Positions 37,877-50,003 of a stretch of DNA of 64,000 nucleotides are shown here, piece by piece. Positions within the stretch are counted from its first letter, which is position 1, and each line of letters begins with the position of its first letter. Origin of the DNA: Anolis carolinensis. Lineage: Eukaryota. The notes beneath the pieces are model-generated. The model worked only from the letters and a program-made list of their open reading frames with translations. It was not told the DNA's origin and made no database searches. Location: contig NC_085843.1 of assembly GCF_035594765.1 (NCBI RefSeq), positions 13,717,955 through 13,781,954 on the forward strand. Reading direction: 5' to 3'. A program made the translations under genes and the position numbers.

Positions 37877-38549
37877 TGATGATGATGCTTCATCATCTTA
37901 TTAGAAACAATTTTATTAGAACTTTTTTTTCCATATTTTGATATTTCAAACACTGAGCTGGCCCACACTGTAAAAGAACATAAAACTTTATTTTCTAGTC
38001 ATATCTAGATTACAGATGATTATGAGAACAGTAAGTTATTTAGGCAAGATGGAGTTGAAAGTGACACTGGAAAAAAATCAATGACCTCAATGGAATGTAA
38101 TATTAGTAGTGGGAATTTTTGTGATGACAGAGTTCTACTGTTCCCCCCGTTATGTGCTCAATATGAATAATTTCTATTATTCTTATCACCATCATCAAGA
38201 ACAATGTCTGAGCACTTCAGACATTGCTGTGATAATGGGGGACAGCAGTGACATTCTTCATCCTTTTAGGCTTTTGCATGAAATCTGTTTGCACTAAAAT
38301 ATGTTTTTGGGGGCAGCAAACTCAGTTTTGTTCAGAATCTTTTGTGGTGGAAGGTTTGACCCAAAAATCATGGTCTTTTTGTGTTAAAAAGTCTACGATT
38401 TTCGCAGTCTCACCCCCAGCAAAAGAACAACTCTGGGGTGAAGATTCATCAGAAATCGCTCACAAATCCTTATATTCTCACCTAACACTGAGAAAGCAGT
38501 TGAAATTGTGTATCACACAAAAGATCCAATATATGACCCACTAGGATCC

Positions 38550-38688
38550 CATGCAGTCATGCTGGCCACATGACCTTGGAGATGTCTATGGACAACGCCG
38601 GCTCTTCGGCTTAGAAATGGAGATGAGCACCAACCCCCAGAGTCGGTCACGACTGGACTTAACGTCAGGGGAAGCTTTTACCTTTACC
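38550..38688 (+). mobile_element. Sauria SINE 3' fragment
   Basis: Reverse complement of the 18551 element, ending tttacctttacc. Confidence 0.85.
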
Positions 38689-39779
38689 CAGGATCCCTAG
38701 TAAGCAGGAATACAGTTGATAATGTGATGCTTGTGATTGTTACTGCTTGTGCAACTGATGGTATGACCCACTTTGCACAACCAGTTCCAAATTTCTGACA
38801 TATTGAATACTTTCTTTGTACAGAGAGCCCAGAAATAGGTACCTTCAAATACAACCTCATTCACAATTGTGGAACATCATCACTAGTTACTGACAATCAT
38901 CAAATGTGAAAAGATATTCAGCCAGCTCTAACAACTATGATTCACCATGGTAAGATCAGGTACTGGGATTATTTGGCTCTCCAGAGGTCTGCAGATTCAG
39001 CTCCCAGGAGCACCAGACACCACAACGAATAGCAATGGATTATGAGAAACGTAAGTTTCCTAGTCTTGCTATTTTGATGTAGACCTATCTATGGAGATGC
39101 CTTTTCTTTTCCTATCATCCCCACAAATGCCGTTTGTTTATGTTCTATTTTCCACATAATATATTTTGAGTATGTTCAATGAGACAATTGAGTATAATTT
39201 CAACAATGAATTCCATGTTTATATTACATTCAGCTATTAATGCTATTTGAAAAGGTTTTATGCCCAAGAGTGTCTGCAGAAATTCTTTGTGAACATTATG
39301 ATTCTAAGGAAAAATGAGCCTTAAAATGCCACTTAGAGCTGTAGAAACACACAGAATAATGGAGCATGACGACTTTGTTGCTCTTGAAAGACGAATGTTC
39401 AAGTGATGACAAAACATCTTTACACCTTTGCACAAATGAAGGTTTTAAGTGATGTAACAGCAACCACAGAATAGTGCAGAACCAGCAACAGTTGTTCCCT
39501 TATTTTAGGACAAAAAGAAGAACACTTAGACCACTAATAGATAACATCCATGCCCATACATGGGGGACACTGAATTCCAAGGTTTGCATATCCTCCAATA
39601 TTTCACAGATGAAAACCAGGGCACATAGCCAAGCAACCTCAGAATGTGAAAGATGAAAAGAATTATTAAAGACGAAGAACAGACCAGTTTGGAGAGGATG
39701 CAGTAGTTTGCCTTTGCTTGAGCTTCCTGGGAATGACAGCATTCCATCTCCTCCTTTTATTTTTTTTTCCTCCTCTGGT

Positions 39780-40695
39780 TTATTATTATTTATTTACTAT
39801 ATTTATACCTCGCCCCTCTCACTCTGAAGGGGGGGGGCTTAGAGTGGCTTACAAATTGGCAACAATAAACAAATGTAAAAACAATAAGCATATACATAAA
39901 ATCATAAAAGTTAAGAAAAAAACATCTATACACTAAAAACCAATTGTTAAAACCACACAAATCCAAAGTACAGGATGTTTGAAAAAGAACTCCCTAGTTT
40001 CCATTTACTTTACCCTAGTCCAGAAACTATTCCAGTCATGATTGCACCTATTTCATATCTACTGATTGCACTGAATTACTCTGTAAAGGCTTGGTCCCAC
40101 AGCCAAGTTTTTAATTTCTTTCTAAAGATCAGGAGGGAGGGAGTTGATTTGATTTCACTGGTGAGGGAGTTCTACAGCCATGAGGCCACCACTGAGAAGG
40201 CCCTGTCACTCATCCCCACAAGTCATGCCTGCAAAGGAGGTGGGACCGAGAGCAAGGCCTCTCCAGAAAATCTTAATCTCCGAGGTGGTTCATAGAGGGA
40301 GATAGGTTCAGACAGGTAAGCTGAACCAGGACCATTTAGGGCAGTGGTTCTCAACCTGTGGATCCCCAGGGGTTTTGGACTACAATTCTCAGAAATCCCA
40401 GGCAGTTTACCAGCTGTTAGGATTTCTGGGAGTTGAAGGCCAAAACATCTGGAGATCCACAGGTTGAGAATCACTGGTATAGGGCTTCATAGGCTAAAGC
40501 CAGCACTTTGAATTGTGCTTGGTAGCAGACTGGCAGTCAGTGGAGCTGGCATAACAGGGAGGTTGGACTGCCACCCGTTCGACCACTTGAAGCTTTTGAA
40601 CAGTCTTCAAAGACAACTCCACATAGAGCGCGTTGCAGTAGTCTATTCGAGATATAACAAGAGCATGGACCACTGTGGCCAAGTCTAGCTTTGCA
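39780..40695 (-). mobile_element. L2 LINE 3' fragment, interrupted by a hAT MITE (40342-40476)
   Basis: Minus-strand translation ATVVHALVISRIDYCNALY is typical of the L2 ORF2 C-terminus. Confidence 0.8.
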
Positions 40696-41378
40696 AGGTT
40701 TGCACTCTATTGTTGAGCGAATTGTGTGCAAACTACTTCTGAACTCTGTTGGCAGCAATTGAAGTAAACTGGGAACAACTGGGAAAGTGGAAGAAGAAAG
40801 AAACCAGTACATTTTTAAAACTGCTGAAAAATGTGGAATTACACAAGATTTATTGGGACTATCCCTGCCGCACTGGGACCAGGGGGTTATAGGTATGATA
40901 GTGTAAAGACTCTTACAGAGAAGAAGGGGTATAACTATTCCCAGCTGTTTCAGAGGGTAAAAGTAGATCTTATGGTTTGAAGTTATAAGAGAGTAGATTT
41001 TGGCAACATTAGAAGGAACCAAGCCTTTAGGGAGCTGGGGATGAAGGCAGAGGGGAGACATAATAGCCACATTGAAATATTTGAAGGATCTCACATTGAA
41101 GATGGAGCAAGTTTGTTTTCTGTTGCTCTGGAGACCAGGACATAGAGCAATGGATTAAAATTGCAGGGAGAAATATTCCACTTAAACATTGGGAGGAATT
41201 TTCTGATATTAAGAATGATTCAGCTATGGAATATGCTGTCTTGGAGTTTCTCCTTCCTTGGAGGTTTTTCGGCAGAGACTGGATGGCCATCTGCTGGGGG
41301 TGCTTTGATTCTGTGTTCCTGTACCTCTAGCGTGCCCTGAGTGGCTGTGTAGAAAAGTGAATTTCAGCAAATGTTTCG

Positions 41379-41742
41379 TGTCATGGGACCGATTCCAAGA
41401 GCTGAATCTGCAAGCTCTTGAATCGGAGCCATAACAATACGCACTCCTCGATAGCTCCTACGGACACCTGGCAGCCAAGCATGGGAAATTCTGGAGTGAG
41501 AATCAAAACAATTTTAATGAGTAGTTTGTGTTGTAGTGATAGTCATATGATACATGGGGTGGGGTTTGGGTGATGATATTTACGTGTGGTGTGACGTTGT
41601 AGCAAAGGTAATAAAAATGATTGTATGTAAACATTATGTCATTCTCGACTTTTCCAAGTCGTGTGTTCTTCAATAAAGATTGGTTTTGATAGCAGATACC
41701 TTTGGTCTGTGTTCATGCTGATCGTTTGAAGTAAGCGTGACA
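41379..41742 (+). repeat. 5' LTR (364 bp)
   Basis: Direct repeat of 46587-46950; TATA-like taataaaaa at 41609; AATAAA at 41672. Confidence 0.97.
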
Positions 41743-41744
41743 TT

Positions 41745-41755
41745 AAGTCGAGAAT
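41745..41755 (+). other. Self-priming primer-binding site
   Basis: AAGTCGAGAAT is the exact reverse complement of ATTCTCGACTT at 41641-41651 in the LTR; no TGG-initial tRNA-type PBS is present. Confidence 0.8.
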
Positions 41756-41794
41756 CCCATTCTCACCCTCCTGCGGAGCCGCAGTGAAGTGAAA

Positions 41795-44700
41795 ATGAGT
41801 GGAGGGGGCGATCGGAGCCCGAGGGGGGCAGAGGGCCCCTTACCAGATGTCCGGCCGCTGGGAGAGGAAACGCTACAGGCCATCGCTTCCTCCACCGGCT
41901 ACCCTAGGCCGAATGGAGTGACGCAGAGGATCCCCAGAGGAGGGAGAGGAGTCTCGGCGGCTGCGGAGACCAGTTAGGGATCCGGGGGGAGCATGCCGGA
42001 GACCGTGGCGCTACGGTTGTCCATCTTGGAGACCAACTTGTCACGGCTGTCGGAAACCGTGGGAAGATTGGTGCCGTTGTTGGAAGAGAATCTCCAGAGG
42101 GAGCCCACCCAGTACGGCACCGAAAGAGGACCGGGCAAGGATGAAGCCTGGAGCCAGAGGGGCCAGCGCGCGTCAACGCAGAGCCCAACGGCAGCAGGCG
42201 GTGATGGAGACGAGGAGTATTGGCAGGAGCTGGAGTTCCAAGAGAGGATGGCTCGGGAGGTGGATCACCAGCAAACCTTGGGAACTCTGAGGCCACCAAC
42301 CCCAACCAGAATCCCAACCCCCCGAATTGGTATCGGAGTCGAAATACCGCTAGGACCCGGGATCGGGTCTAGTGGGTAGGTGGATGGAAGGGCCGACGGC
42401 AGCGGCGGAATTCCGGGGACCACAGGGGGCGACCGCCGGGCTGGGGTGCGGCGTGGTCAAAAGGTCGGTTCAGGGGAACCTCATGCAACACCTCCCCAGG
42501 CCACCCGTTCAAAGGCAACGTACCGCAGAATGGATGCCTAGGAGAGAGGAGCTTAAACTGGAATACGGAGGGGAATCCTCCGAATTAAACTTTTTCCTCA
42601 TTGGCATCAGAGGGTACATGGAGGATAACGCGCACACATTCCCCTCCGAAGGAAGCATGGTTCGGGCCATCGGAAATACCCTCAAAAGGGGGGCGGCCAG
42701 CTGGTATGTACAATTACACGCCAGGCACGACCCGTGCTTGAGATCAGTGCCCCAATTCCTGGCTGCACTGGAGAACCGTTTTAGAGACCCGCTGGAGCAA
42801 TTAAGAGCTTGCGATCAATTAAAACTCATAAAACAAAGGGACAAGACAGTACCCGAGTATGCAGAAGAATTCCTCCATCTCGCGGAAAGGGTACCAGAGT
42901 GGTCCGAAGTGACCAAAGTAGAAATATTTAAAGAAGGACTGCGCCCTGAGATATTTAGCTGGGCGGCGCACAGGGATGATCCAGAGACGTTACAGGGTTG
43001 GATTCAACTAGCAGGGCGCGTCGAATCTACCCTGTCCCAAGTAAAGCGCTTCCGGAGCGGCGGGGCCCAGCAGCAACCGGCAGCGAGGGGTCGTGGAGAA
43101 ACAAGGAAGCAAGAGCGACCCGGAGGGCGGCCCGGGATCCCCTCCAAAGGAGACGACAACAGACCCAAGCCAGGATGCTTTGTGTGTGGGAAGACGGGCC
43201 ATCGGGCGGCGGAATGTTGGGCCCGGAAGGGAGAACCGCCCAAAGCCACAAAACCCACGCCAGCAGCCGGGAGACGAGCGGAGGAGGAGGTGCAAGCCCC
43301 AGAGCCTCCGGAGCAGCTGGTGAGTCAAGACAAACGCATGATGGTAGTGCCAAACTGCTTATCGGGACTAGAGAATCGAGCCACCTGTAGAGCATTCGTG
43401 GATTGCAGTTGCTCTAGGAACATTATAACTCCAGAATTAGCGGAGGCGCTAAAATGCCAGCAAACTGCACTTAAAGTTCCGATTGCGTTCTCGCAATTGG
43501 ACGGATCGGTGGCTGCTGGGGAAGTATCCACGAAAGAAATACAGGGGATCCCATGTAAAATAGGCAAATGGGAGGGAAGGATATCCTTTATAATAGCCCC
43601 TATCGCCACGTATAATGTCATACTAGGGATCCCGTGGCTGGAGCAGGCAAACCCCGAGGTAGATTGGAGGGGAAAGAGCATGTCGTTTAAAGAACAACAA
43701 ACGGAATGGGAGATAGGCAAGATAGCAGAGGAAGAGAGTGAGGGAGATGAGTCGGAGGAAATAAGCCAAGAACTATTGCCCCCGGAATACAGGGACTTTG
43801 TGGATGTGTTCAATCAGAAGGAAGCAAGCAAATTACCTCCCAAAAGGACTCTAGAAGTGGGAATCGAAATAACCCCAGGGGCAAACTTACCAAAACCTAA
43901 AGTTTACCCCATGTCTGTTCAGGAAAAAGAGGAATTGAGGAAATATATTGATAAAAATCTGGCGCGGGGGTTCATTAAGCCCTCCAGCTCCCCTTTGGGA
44001 GCCCCCGTGTTATTTAGGAGAAAGAAAGACAATTCTTTAAGACTGTGCATTGACTATCGAAATTTGAATGCAATTACGAAGGATAACAAATACCCTATGC
44101 CCTTAGTAAAGGACCTAATTACTGTGTTGAAGAAAGGGAACATATTTACCAAGCTTGATTTGATCGAAGCTTATCATAAGTTAAGAATCAAACCCGAGGA
44201 TACTTGGAAAACTGCATTTTCCTGCGCTTTCGGACTTTTTGAATATTTAGTTTTGCCTTTTGGATTAAAAAACGGCGGCTCCTGCTTCATGCAGCTCATA
44301 AACGAGATCTTACGCCCACTGTTATACCGGGGAGTATTTGTATTTTTAGATGATATCCTTATCGTGAGCGAGGACAGAAAACAGCACATTGAATTGGTCC
44401 GGGAAGTCTTGCAAAAGCTAAGGGAAGCAAAACTGTATGCAAAATTTTCCAAATGTGAATTCAACAAGACACAAATTGACTTTTTGGGGTATCGGATATC
44501 TTCGGATGGATTAGCTATGGACCCATCCAAAGTATCGGACGTAAGGGAATGGGGAGTCCCTCAAACAAGAAGACAATTGCAATCGTTCCTAGGATTCGCA
44601 AATTTCTATAGGTCGTTCATAAAGGGCTTTGCTCAACTGGCCGCACCCCTTACAGAACTTTTGAAAACGAAGGGGAAAGGGGAGACGGCAAAAGTAAAAG

Positions 44701-46511
44701 CCCCTGGCGCTAAGCTGAGTTGGACGCCAGAATGCCAAAAAGCTTTTGAGACTCTAAAAGGATGCTTTACGGAAGAACCCGTCCTAAAGCACCCAAACAT
44801 GCAGAGTCCTTTCATAATACATTGTGATGCTTCGGACTGTGCAAATGGGGCAGTATTATTGCAAAAGGATCAAAATGGGAATTTGAAACCATATGGATAT
44901 TTATCACGGAAGTTTAGCGAAACTGAAAAATGTTGGCCCATATGGGAAAAAGAAGCGTTAGCTATACTGAAGGCATTGGAATGCTGGTGGCATTTTCTTG
45001 AAGGAAGCAAAATCCCATTCGAAGTCTGGTCTGATCATAGAAATCTCCAGTACTTAAAGTCCCCACGAAAATTATCCCCCAAACAAATTAGATGGGCACA
45101 GTACTTCAGCAGGTTTAATTTCCAATTGAAGTTTTTCCAAGGGAAACAAAACATTCTGGCCGATGCCCTTTCACGCATGCCTCAACATGAGAATATAGCC
45201 GCAGCAAAGGAAGGAACTGTATTTTCCGAAAAACAAGGGGGGTTATCAGTCAGCACGAGGGCACAGACAGAAAGAGAGAACTCGGCAGCGGTCAAAATTA
45301 ACGAAGGAGGCATTTGGGAAAAGGAACTGGCACAATCATACGAAGGGGACCAATGGATTTTATCCAACGCAGAAAAAGGGGAACAAAAGGGGGGACTATG
45401 GTTTGTGAAAAGGAAATTGTACATTCCTGCAATATTGAGGGCTAAAATTTTGCATCGTTTCCATGATAACCAGAGCGCAGGACACATGGGAATTACAAAA
45501 ACGACGAAATCCGTAGCGAGGCATTGTTGGTGGCCAGGGATGAGAAAGGACATAAAAAATTATGTTACCCAATGTGACGATTGTGCCATGAATAAATCGC
45601 GGGGGGGGGGGGGAGACCAATGGGACTATTGCAGCCTGTGGCAGAACCTACCAGACCTTGGGAATGTGTGGCTATGGACTTTGTGGGGGAATTACCTGTC
45701 AGCAAGGGGCATCGTTATATATGGACTGTATTAGACTTGTTTTCCAAACAAGCTCACTTTATAGCGCTTGCAAAGCTACCATCAGCAGAGAAACTGGCCG
45801 ACTTATACATAAATCATATTTACAAGCTACACGGATGTCCTAGCAGGGTGGTCAGTGACAGGGGTGTCCAATTCACGGCAAAATTCTGGGGGAAATTCTT
45901 AGAAATATTAGGGGCAGAAAGGAGCATGAGTTCCGCTTTCCACCCTATGACAAACGGTGCAGTAGAACGTATCCAACAGACCCTTGGGCAGTTCCTTCGC
46001 ATATACTCAAATTAGAGACAAAACGATTGGTCTAGGTGGCTAGCATTTGCTGAACTAGCCTTTAATTCTACAATCCATTCCGCAACTAATAAAACTCCGT
46101 TTGAAATAATTTATGGGCACGAAATCCAGCCTTTACCCCAATTGCCAAAGTGGCCAGAGAATGGAGAAACAGGGGTGGGGAAATGGAAGACTCAGATGCA
46201 AGAATGTTGGAGCCACGTGACCTTAAAGGAAGCGCACAAAAAGTATAAAACCTTCGCAGATCGAAAAAGAATTGAGGGCGATAAGTTGGAAAAGGGGGGA
46301 CTTAGTATGGCTAAGTACAAAAAACATAAAACTAGGTCTGCCCTCAAAAAAGTTAAGCCCCAAATTCATCGGACCCTTCAGGATACAGGAAATCATAAAC
46401 GAAGTGACTTTCCAATTACAATTGCCAAAAAGTCTAGGGAAATTACACCCTGTGTTCCATCGCAGCTTATTAAAAAAGTATATGGGTACTTTGGATAAAA
46501 TGGATGCATAG
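41795..46511 (+). pseudogene. gag-pol polyprotein, disrupted
   Basis: Gag with CCHC (CFVCGKTGHRAAEC), protease (AFVDCSCSRN), RT (LDLIEAY, FLDD), RNase H (DASD, EKEALA), integrase HHCC, DDE core and GPF motif. Lesions: TAG 41975, frameshift ~42370, G13 run 45601-45613, TAG 46013, G6 run 46294-46299. Confidence 0.93.
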
Positions 46512-46554
46512 TGTTCATATTTGTTCTGTTTCAGAGTCATGGCGATCGAGGTAC

Positions 46555-46586
46555 AGAAGAAGAGGTCGGCGACAGGGGGGGCACCA
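46555..46586 (+). other. Polypurine tract region
   Basis: agaagaagagg...gacagggggggcacca immediately 5' of the 3' LTR. Confidence 0.8.
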
Positions 46587-46950
46587 TGTCATGGGACCGA
46601 TTCCAAGAGCTGAATCTGCAAGCTCTTGAATCGGAGCCATAACAATACGCACTCCTCGATAGCTCCTACGGACACCTGGCAGCCAAGCATGGGAAATTCT
46701 GGAGTGAGAATCAAAACAATTTTAATGAGTAGTTTGTGTTGTAGTGATAGTCATATGATACATGGGGTGGGGTTTGGGTGATGATATTTACGTGTGGTGT
46801 GACGTTGTAGCAAAAGTAATAAAAATGATTGTATGTAAACATTATGTCATTCTCGACTTTTCCAAGTCGTGTGTTCTTCAATAAAGATTGGTTTTGATAG
46901 CAGATACCTTTGGTCTGTGTTCATGCTGATCGTTTGAAGTAAGCGTGACA
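46587..46950 (+). repeat. 3' LTR (364 bp)
   Basis: One mismatch to the 5' LTR (agcaaaGgta vs agcaaaAgta). Confidence 0.97.
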
Positions 46951-47835
46951 GTTTTGTATCATGCAATCAAATATCAAGCACCTCCAGCTAAAACTTCCTC
47001 TCTCACATAACCATTAAAGATACAGGTGTTCCCTCAAGTTTTCACTCTGGCAAGTTAATCCCATTTTCACATCTATCTCTGATTTCCACCCTGAAAATCC
47101 AAAAGGCAAAAAAAAAAAATCCAGTTATCTAAACATCTACCTTTTTATGCATTTTCCTAACACACATAAGATTTATAGGCAATTTCCTCTAATGTGTGTA
47201 TTTTCTTCCTCTGCATAACATATATTCTTGAGACTAGTATTTTGATTTGCAAAATTACATCACGGAATCCAAATAGAGCAAATATCACCTTTTCCATTAA
47301 ATGCATATCTTCAAAGCATCAATTCATTTCTATTCAATGTTGATCATAAGAGCAGAGACTGGCAATGAGAGACCTTTTAGATATTATGTTGGTCTGTAAT
47401 TTCTATCAGACCCAGCTAGGATAGTGAGTGGTGAGGAATGTTAGAAATTACAATTCATCAACATCTGGGGGAGTATGTTTTGCCCAATCTACTGCACAAG
47501 AATGAAAAAAAACAACTAAGGTCTGGGCAGTCAGGAATAGCAATGGCAGCTCAGATCATTTCACGTCCTCTTCTCAGATTTCTAGGCCAAACCATGATAC
47601 AAAGGGATGGCATTGAAACATCATGCATTAAGTAACAAACACAGTTGGCCCACAGATTCTCATTCAGATACACAAACACATTTACATAGGAAGTGTTTTC
47701 CTGTTTGGAAATCAAGACAGAAATATTAGCTTGCTACCAGATCAAGGTGAAATGTGAGGATTATTCCTCCTCATTTACATAGTGAAATAGCATAAGGGTC
47801 ATTTAATATCGCAGACTTTTAGCTTTTAGCTAGCT

Positions 47836-47970
47836 CAGAGGTTCTCTACTTGTGAGTCTTCAAGTGTTTTGGCCTTCAGCTCCCAGAAATTCCAACAGCA
47901 GGTAAACTGACTGGGATTTCTGGGAGCTGTAGGCCAAAACACCCGAGGACTCACAGGTTAAGAACCACTG
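47836..47970. mobile_element. hAT-type MITE, older copy
   Basis: Degenerate version of the same TIR family. Confidence 0.75.
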
Positions 47971-49865
47971 AGCAAAGTGGATGCAGAATGGAGGGCAAGT
48001 CCTGACATCACAACAGGTAAAGAAGAAGTTGAGTCAATGACCTTTATAAATTACAGCAACACATCAAGTAAGCTTTGACCAGTGTAGCAAGCCCATGATT
48101 TCCTAGGTGAATTGGAGTGTTTGCAACTATGTGTCAGATAACCCACAACAACCAACAACAATGAGAAACTTAAGTTGCTTCTCAGAAGCAATCCCAGCTT
48201 CCAAGATGTAGTACCAGCAAATTTAATCTAGCCTTCTTGCCAGGACATAGATGCACCTTGTATGACGTGTATGCCAAAGACTGAGAGGAAAAGAGAAAGA
48301 AAACTCAGTATCTATGTAGACCCCTCTGGAGAGTCTTTGCAAATTGCAAATAAATTAAACCTCGCAAATTGCAGCAAGCTGCTGCTCTCTTACCTGGAAA
48401 TATTTTTCTTTTTTGCCCAAATGAGCCCCTCCCCCTTTCCCAAAAATTGAGATTTTGCATCCTCATCTCTTTTTTTTCCTACTTGGAGGTAAGACTCCTG
48501 GCAACGTTTTTCAGAAAGATATTGTTTTTGTTGTTGTTGTTATTATTGGTATTATTGTGGAGGAAAAATCACTTTTCTTCACAAACTAAATCTCTGCAAA
48601 TGAACTAGTAGAGAGTTCCCTTTACATCTTGAAAGGCAGTATGTACATCCTTTCCAGATAGCACCATACCTTGAAATCTTTTATGTTTCCTACTTGCATT
48701 ACAATGCAACTCAAAACTAAAATGAGCATCTCATGCACCTCATGTGAGGTGCAAAACCCATGGGCAGTTTCTAAGCTACCTGAGCACAATTTACATAAAC
48801 CCAGGTCCTTAAGGCCTACTATTAAGCAAACAAAGTGAACCTTGTGGTTTGAAGCATATTCCTTTAATGCTACTCTTGACAAGGAAAAACCAGTGGTGGC
48901 AGGCTAGATTTCGGTCAATTAGCTGTTGACAGTTTATTCATCTGGGATCCTCCAAAAATGTTTTGGGGAAAACCCATGTACCCTGCAAATATTCATTCCA
49001 CATAGCCCTTGGGCACTCATTTTGGTTTGTAAGATAATTTGTAGGTCATGTATTGTAGTATTTAAGAGTTCTTGACTGCGCTAGAAGTGTCCTGAATTCA
49101 AATCTCAATTTGATTCTGAAATCCTATGGAAGATCATGACCAGATACACTTATATGATGAACTACTTCGTCATGGGCTGTTGTGAAAATTGGAGGATGAG
49201 GGTATTTTATTTATTACACATCCTTGGATTTCTGCCAGGTTTATCTTCCAGACGGGTGTAGACATGGACTACGTGGCTTTGGCCAGACATTGTCACATAA
49301 CCAAGCTACCTAACAAGGCTGATGTGAAAACAACCTTGGGAGGTGGGAGACTGTAAACTTCAAGGATTGGATGGGATAAGAATTCATTTAAAATGATCGG
49401 CATCATGATGAAATAAACAGAGGTGTTATAGTCAACGAAACCCAATTCCTCATATTTATCCTGGGAAAAGAGCTGAACCTGTTGAACTCCTGTCTGCTTT
49501 GCTTGTCTGGACATTCAAACAGACCTCTCTCCTGCTCTTGAAAGCTCTAAAGGGGATTTTCCCAATGATAAAGGGACCCAAGACACACATAACCCACTCT
49601 GTTGGGGGTGAGTAATTGCCCCAACACAAACGCATACGCCCTCCTTCTCGTAATAAATCTGAGCAAAGAAATAAGTTGTAAAAACTGCTAGGCAGACGGC
49701 TGTCTTCAGCTCTTCTGGTAACTACAGTCTGCATTGTACTTGACTGGGAAGCAGATGACCCCCAAAAGAATGTTGTCATTGAGCTTAACGCCATCCTTGC
49801 CGCTTCCCTCCTCCCCCTAAAAAGCAGGTGTGAGCAGGAGACCACCGCTCTGCTCTGCCCCTTAC

Positions 49866-50003
49866 CTGGGAGGCTTCCCCCTCTGCCTTCTGTTTCTCCT
49901 GCAGTGCAGCAGATGACTTGTCTGGAGCAAGCTTCCAAGAGAAGCAAAACAACCAGGCAGGACACAGTCGGCTTGTGGGCTGTGCAGCGGCAGAAGCATC
50001 CAT
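49866..50003 (-). CDS. Candidate additional alternative first coding exon of DLG2 (46 aa)
   Basis: Kozak AAGATGG; MDASAAAQPTSRLCPAWLFCFSWKLAPDKSSAALQEKQKAEGEASQ; consensus phase-0 donor CAG|GTAAGG; repeat-free GC-rich context; same strand and phase as the DLG2 exon. Confidence 0.55.

Larger units (their letters stand above)
41379..46950 (+). mobile_element. Full-length Ty3/Gypsy LTR retrotransposon (Tf1/sushi-like), 5572 bp
   Basis: Two 364-bp LTRs (TGTCA...TGACA) differing at one position; gag-PR-RT-RNaseH-IN order; PPT before the 3' LTR; flanks gtttcg / gttttg. Confidence 0.97.

Noticed and set aside
45601-45613. Programmed frameshift in integrase
   Set aside because: A G homopolymer between the HHCC and core domains is more simply a slippage mutation or sequencing error.
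1040-47970. CRISPR-like or ncRNA interpretation of the recurring ~135-bp palindromes
   Set aside because: Dispersed, with TIRs and 8-bp TSDs; these are hAT MITEs in a eukaryotic genome.
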